Below, in pieces: positions 27,737 to 32,000 of a DNA stretch of 32,000 bases. The stretch's first letter is position 1. The number at the start of each line of letters is the position of its first letter. The position numbers and the translations under genes were made by a program. The notes beneath the pieces were generated by a model, which was given only the letters and a program-made list of their open reading frames with translations, was not told the origin of the DNA and searched no databases. Source of the DNA: Thermococcus argininiproducens (GTDB lineage Archaea; Methanobacteriota_B; Thermococci; Thermococcales; Thermococcaceae); NCBI RefSeq assembly GCF_023746595.1, contig NZ_CP080572.1, forward strand, positions 985,890 to 1,017,889, read 5' to 3'.

Positions 27737-28294
27737 TTAAAGAGCGACAAGTCTAATAAGCCGGATTATGTCTTTGACCTCCAACAACCCATGGACCTTT
27801 TTTTCACTATCCACAACCGGAAGATGATGTTTCCCCGTCTCTACCATGAGCTTGATCGCGTGTCCGAGATTATCATCCACATGAATTGTTATTGGCTTTG
27901 TCACCATTATATCTTCTACTCTAGAGGCTCGGGTTATTGTGTACTTTTTTAGCAATCCCAACCCCACAACAGAGTACCTTCTAGGGGTTGTGAAAAATTG
28001 GAGAAGATCTTTCATTGTGATAAACCCTAACAGCTTCCCTTCATCGTCTACAACTATTGCAGAAGTTTCTTCGCTTGTGAACTTTCCTATCAAAACAGTA
28101 AGTGAATCTTGGGGATGAACTGTTAGAAAATCTTTATCCATAACAATTTTTACGGGAACTTTTGAAATATATCGAAGGTTGTGGCTTAGTTCCTCTTTTC
28201 TCTGAAGTTGTAAATGTCTCTTTTTGCCTATTATTATTGCTATTTTTTTATTTTTAGCTTCTTTAGGTTTGTTTGAAAGGGAGGCGTCTTCCAC
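27737..28294 (-). CDS. CBS-domain pair protein with a basic N-terminal extension
   Basis: There are two CBS repeats: IVMDKDFLTVHP...VVDDEGKLLGFITMKDLL and VEDIMVTKPITIHV...LPVVDSEKKVHGLLEVKDII. The GTG at 28294 has GGGGAT 5 nt upstream. It ends 18 nt before antiporter A. Confidence 0.75.
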   Translation of the reverse strand: MEDASLSNKPKEAKNKKIAIIIGKKRHLQLQRKEELSHNLRYISKVPVKIVMDKDFLTVHPQDSLTVLIGKFTSEETSAIVVDDEGKLLGFITMKDLLQFFTTPRRYSVVGLGLLKKYTITRASRVEDIMVTKPITIHVDDNLGHAIKLMVETGKHHLPVVDSEKKVHGLLEVKDIIRLIRLVAL

Positions 28295-28479
28295 ATTTAT
28301 CCCCTATAGTTTTTCTCTCTTCTCAACTTAAAATTTTCTCTTCTTGAGCAAGGTCTCTATTATGGACCCTAAAAATATACATTTTTAAGGCAAAAACTTA
28401 GAGAAAAGCATGAGGTATTAGTCTTGTAACAAGCAAAAAGTTTATAAGAACGGTGACTACAAACATAGACAAGGGAAAT

Positions 28480-29934
28480 ATGAATTTTGAAGAAAAGTTT
28501 GATGTTGTCATAATTGGTGCTGGACCGGCAGGTCTTTTTTCGGCCTATGAGCTTTCAGAAAAGAGTGACCTGAAGATTGCAGTAATTGACGAGGGAGGAG
28601 ACATTGAAAATCGAATATGTCCAATGGATGAACTTGGCTATTGTATCGAGTGCAAACCGTGCCATATCATGAGTGGTGTGGGTGGAGCAGGAGGACTTAG
28701 TGACGGGACTATAAACTTAAGACCAGATATTGGAGGAGATTTAACAGAATTTACAAGGGATGAGATGTATTCTTGGCAGCTTGTTTGGGAAGTAGATCAG
28801 ATTCTCTTGAAACATGGTGCTCCTAGAGGGGTCTACAAAGGCAACGAAGATGAAATACGGATGTGGGAACGGAGAGCTGCCCAAGCTGGAGTGAAATTTA
28901 TTCCAATAATCCAGCGCCACATAGGTTCAGATCATACTAAAGGAGTTATAAAGAGCATAAAGGATCACTTAGAGAATAAAGGAGTTAAGTTCCTCTTGTG
29001 GACAAAAGTGGAAGAATTTAGAGAGGGGGAAGTTATTGCTAGGAAAGGGAAGGATACATTTGCAATAAAAACACGCTACATAATAGTTGCTCCAGGAAGA
29101 GGAGGAGCAGAATGGTTTCAAGAAGTTGCGCAAAAGATTGGTTTACACTCAAGGCATGGGCCGATTGATGTGGGGGTTAGGGTTGAGGTACCAGCCATAA
29201 TAATGGACCCAATAACGAAAATAAACCATGATCCCAAGTTCCATATATACACTGAGACTTACGATGATTTCGTGAGGACATTCTGTACGAACCCAAATGG
29301 TTTTGTCGTTGAAGAGAAATACGATAGTTATGTAGGAGTAAATGGGCATTCAATGAGGGACAAAAAGAGTAATAATACAAATTTTGCTTTTCTTACAAGA
29401 ATTGAGCTTACAGAGCCAGTAGAAGATACGACAGCATATGGAAAAAGTATAGCTCAGTTAGCAACGACTATTGGTGGAGGGAAACCGATATTGCAGAGGT
29501 TAGGGGATTTAAGGCGAGGAAGGAGAAGTACATGGAGTAGGATTAAGAAAAGTGATGTTGAACCCACTTTGAAACATGTTACTCCAGGAGATATAGCAAT
29601 GGCCTTGCCTCATAGAGTTGTTACAAACATAATCGAAGGACTTGAAAAGCTTGACAAAGTAATTCCAGGTGTTGCCAGTGACCATACGCTTCTCTATGCT
29701 CCTGAGATTAAATATTATGCTATGAGAGTGGAAGTTAATGATCTGCTTGAAACGAACATGGAGAATATTTTTGTGGCTGGAGATGGTGCAGGACTTTCAA
29801 GGGATATAGTAAACGCCGCTGCAACTGGTCTTTTAGCAGCTAGAGGAATACTAATTAAAGAAGGGTTTTACAGAGAACGAGACTTCAAAAAATCAGGTAA
29901 TTGGAAAAAGTCTGTTGAAAGTTTGGAAGAATAG
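28480..29934 (+). CDS. FAD-dependent oxidoreductase (COG2509-like uncharacterised FAD dehydrogenase) with a CX7CX2CX2C insert
   Basis: The Rossmann motif is FDVVIIGAGPAGLFSAYEL...VIDEG, and the C-terminal motif is FVAGDGAG. The Cys cluster is CPMDELGYCIECKPC. The ATG at 28480 is preferred over the GTG at 28453. Confidence 0.8.
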   Translation: MNFEEKFDVVIIGAGPAGLFSAYELSEKSDLKIAVIDEGGDIENRICPMDELGYCIECKPCHIMSGVGGAGGLSDGTINLRPDIGGDLTEFTRDEMYSWQLVWEVDQILLKHGAPRGVYKGNEDEIRMWERRAAQAGVKFIPIIQRHIGSDHTKGVIKSIKDHLENKGVKFLLWTKVEEFREGEVIARKGKDTFAIKTRYIIVAPGRGGAEWFQEVAQKIGLHSRHGPIDVGVRVEVPAIIMDPITKINHDPKFHIYTETYDDFVRTFCTNPNGFVVEEKYDSYVGVNGHSMRDKKSNNTNFAFLTRIELTEPVEDTTAYGKSIAQLATTIGGGKPILQRLGDLRRGRRSTWSRIKKSDVEPTLKHVTPGDIAMALPHRVVTNIIEGLEKLDKVIPGVASDHTLLYAPEIKYYAMRVEVNDLLETNMENIFVAGDGAGLSRDIVNAAATGLLAARGILIKEGFYRERDFKKSGNWKKSVESLEE

Positions 29935-29980
29935 GAGCAAGCTTTAAATTTGGTTCCTATTTTCTTCTTTTGGTGGGAAC

Positions 29981-30883
29981 ATGAGATGTAAGTTTTGTGA
30001 GAACAAGGCTTACATAAAAATTCACTATCCCAAAATGTATCTTTGTGTTGATCACTTTATCGAATACTTTGAGAGAAAAGTTAAACGAACTATTGAAAGA
30101 TATAAGCTCCTCAAACCTACCGAGAGAATTCTTGTGGTTATCAGTGGCGGTAAAGATTCAGCAGTAACTGCTTATATTCTCAAGAAACTTGGGTACAACA
30201 TTGAGTGTCTCTATATAAATCTTGGCATAGGAGAATACTCCAGGAAAAGTGAAGAATATGTAAAAAGACAATGCGAACTAATAGATGCTCCTTTGCATAT
30301 AGTCAGAGTCAAGGAGATTTTAGGCGCGGGTATTGGAGAAGTCAGAACCAGAAGGCCTACATGCTCATATTGTGGGCTGACAAAAAGGTATATCTTTAAT
30401 AAGTTTGCTTATGACAATGGGTTTAACGTAATAGCCACCGGTCACAATTTGGATGATGAAGCGAGTTTTATCTTCTCCAACTTGATGAACTGGAATACAG
30501 AGTACTTGGCCAAACAAGGTCCTCTCTTACTAGGTGAAGGAGTTTTTGTGAAAAAAGTCAAACCTCTTTATGAACTTACAGAAAGAGAAGTTGTTGCATA
30601 TGCTTTGGCGGTGGGAATAGAATATCTTATTGAGGAATGTCCCTATGCAAGAGGTGCGACAACAATAGAATATAAGGAGATTTTGAACCAAATGGAAGAG
30701 GAAAGACCTGGAACAAAGATAAACTTTGTAAAAGGTTATCTAAGGAAAAAATCCCTCTTTGGTCAAGAGTTAGAAAAAGCCGAGCTGCATGCCTGTGAAG
30801 TTTGTGGAATGCCAGCTCAGAGAGAAAAATGTTCTTTTTGCAGGTTCTGGCGTTTGGATGAGCCTATAAACTTTAAAATTTAG
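29981..30883 (+). CDS. ttuA: TtuA/NcsA-type PP-loop tRNA 2-thiolation ATPase
   Basis: The N-terminal Zn finger is CKFC...CVDH and the PP-loop is VVISGGKDS. Candidate Fe-S ligands are CSYCG and ECPY. The C-terminal Zn finger is CEVCG...CSFC. Confidence 0.85.
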   Translation: MRCKFCENKAYIKIHYPKMYLCVDHFIEYFERKVKRTIERYKLLKPTERILVVISGGKDSAVTAYILKKLGYNIECLYINLGIGEYSRKSEEYVKRQCELIDAPLHIVRVKEILGAGIGEVRTRRPTCSYCGLTKRYIFNKFAYDNGFNVIATGHNLDDEASFIFSNLMNWNTEYLAKQGPLLLGEGVFVKKVKPLYELTEREVVAYALAVGIEYLIEECPYARGATTIEYKEILNQMEEERPGTKINFVKGYLRKKSLFGQELEKAELHACEVCGMPAQREKCSFCRFWRLDEPINFKI

Positions 30884-30975
30884 AGTTTCAGACTTTTGTT
30901 TTTAGTGAAATTTTAAAAATTTCTCACCGTACATAGAATAATATATTAGAATAAAATTTATCCCGGGTGATAGTC

Positions 30976-32000
30976 ATGAAAAAGAGTATGCTCTTGCTCA
31001 TGATACTCATCATAACACTTTTTTTCTATGCTCTTATTGTGAATAATGCAAATCCAAAAACTGTTTTAATAATAGAAAACATTACTCAGGAGATAATTTT
31101 TCAAAAAATAGAAAAAGAAAAATTGGATGAACTTTATCAAGAAAATAAGCTTTCTACACTCAATGCTTCTTATCATTATGTCTTAAATATCAGCATAGAG
31201 GATGAACGTGTATCGATTGTAGGATTTGAAAGGGTCACCTTTCCCTTGACATATCCTGCTTTATATTCAATACTCTTTGAAGATTTCAAGCAGGTTGATA
31301 GGATTATAGTGTCCAATGCATCAGTTACATATAGAGCATTCAAAGACAAAGAAAGCGGACTGATCTTGCTTAACATAACTCCAAAAACTAAAGATGTAAC
31401 TGTTGAAGTCCATTTTAAAGTGAGGTATAACCCTTTCCGCGAAAAACCAAAAAGTTATCTAGATTACCACTTAAATCAGGATTCTCTGCATATTTATATA
31501 CCAAAAAGATACTTTACTATCTCAAATAACTTAAAGGGTAATGAAGAGAGAATTAAGGTCGACATTAACTACCCAAAAGATTATATTCTTGTTATCTTGG
31601 ATCAGCCATCTGAGACAGAATTCTGGAGATTCAGGCCTTTACTCTATAATGGAAGTTTTGAAAAAGAGAATCTAAATGATTTTTATTTAATTTTTGGAAA
31701 GTGGGATTTTTATGAGGGGAGCATAAACGTTGGAAATAGGACTGTTAGAGTAATAGCTCTTACAAATGAAGGCGAATGGGTTTTGCAGAATATTAAAGAT
31801 ATCTTACTTTTTTACTCAAAAGTTTTTACGCCTTATCCCAATGACGAATACTTCTATATACAGATCAAGTACTCAGAGAGTGAGTACAGGGGACATGGAC
31901 TAGACGGAGGAATAATAGCAACTCAGTTATATATTCCATTGATTGCCCATGAGACTGCACATAATTGGTTTGGTCTCTATGCTAACATTTATCCAATACA
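30976..32000 (+). CDS. Membrane-anchored zinc metallopeptidase, M1 (aminopeptidase N-like) gluzincin; 3' end lies outside the window
   Basis: This ORF is absent from the track because it has no stop inside the window. Frame 1 is open from the ATG at 30976 to the window end. The N-terminal anchor is MKKSMLLLMILIITLFFYALIV. My translation reaches ...IAHETAHNWFGLYANIYPI, where HExxH followed by WFG is the M1 signature. GGGTGAT lies 5 nt upstream of the ATG. Confidence 0.75.
   Translation, partial: MKKSMLLLMILIITLFFYALIVNNANPKTVLIIENITQEIIFQKIEKEKLDELYQENKLSTLNASYHYVLNISIEDERVSIVGFERVTFPLTYPALYSILFEDFKQVDRIIVSNASVTYRAFKDKESGLILLNITPKTKDVTVEVHFKVRYNPFREKPKSYLDYHLNQDSLHIYIPKRYFTISNNLKGNEERIKVDINYPKDYILVILDQPSETEFWRFRPLLYNGSFEKENLNDFYLIFGKWDFYEGSINVGNRTVRVIALTNEGEWVLQNIKDILLFYSKVFTPYPNDEYFYIQIKYSESEYRGHGLDGGIIATQLYIPLIAHETAHNWFGLYANIYPI

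Noticed and set aside
30907-30923. A 17-nt AT palindrome, GAAATTTT-A-AAAATTTC, downstream of ttuA.
   Set aside because: It consists entirely of A/T runs apart from the ends. Such palindromes arise easily in AT-rich spacers, and it doubles as a generic TATA/oligo-T element. That is not enough to call a specific regulatory site.
24906-30975. An integrated element at tRNA-Gly.
   Set aside because: There is no integrase or recombinase, no direct repeat of the tRNA 3' half (only an 8-nt chance match near 30961), and the downstream genes are ordinary transporters and enzymes.

Overview
This window reads as a gene-dense chromosomal segment from a hyperthermophilic euryarchaeon, most likely a member of the Thermococcales (Thermococcus, Pyrococcus or Palaeococcus). 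The DNA is AT-rich and the proteins are rich in K, E, I and V. GGTG/GGAGG-type ribosome-binding sites sit 5-9 nt before start codons, and BRE/TATA-like boxes occupy the short intergenic gaps. Family-specific markers are the rpl7ae-rps28e-rpl24e cluster, a TrmBL2-like regulator and a fused Hps-Phi enzyme.

I can support about 40 protein genes and one tRNA-Gly(CCC). I found no rRNA, CRISPR array, transposase, integrase or obvious defence or toxin genes.

Main blocks:
- (i) Ribosomal proteins L7Ae, S28e and L24e, convergent with archaeal DnaG plus a small Toprim protein.
- (ii) TrmBL2, convergent with a translationally coupled trio: arginase-fold protein, Zn-ribbon protein, small wHTH protein.
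- (iii) A six-gene, stop/start-coupled operon: hps-phi, a degenerate FtsZ-like protein, a HAD hydrolase, a 59-aa ORF absent from the ORF track, a DUF4392-like protein and an HD hydrolase.
- (iv) A KH protein, aspS, a large surface glycoprotein, pth2, truD and phosphoglycolate phosphatase.
- (v) A complete post-carbamoyl-phosphate pyrimidine cluster, pyrB-I-C-K-D-F, with divergent pyrE.
- (vi) An RNA m5U methyltransferase, an Lrp regulator and tRNA-Gly.
- (vii) An operon of a CBS protein and two tandem CPA2 antiporters.
- (viii) A FAD protein, TtuA and a 3'-truncated membrane-anchored HExxH (M1-like) peptidase.

The most unusual items are the FtsZ-fold protein that appears to have lost its nucleotide-binding loops but keeps the T7 loop, the uncharacterised operon it sits in, a candidate K-turn over the rpl7ae Shine-Dalgarno, and the bacterial-style pyr cluster with a long-form pyrF.

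All family calls rest on motifs I recognise by eye. No database search was possible.
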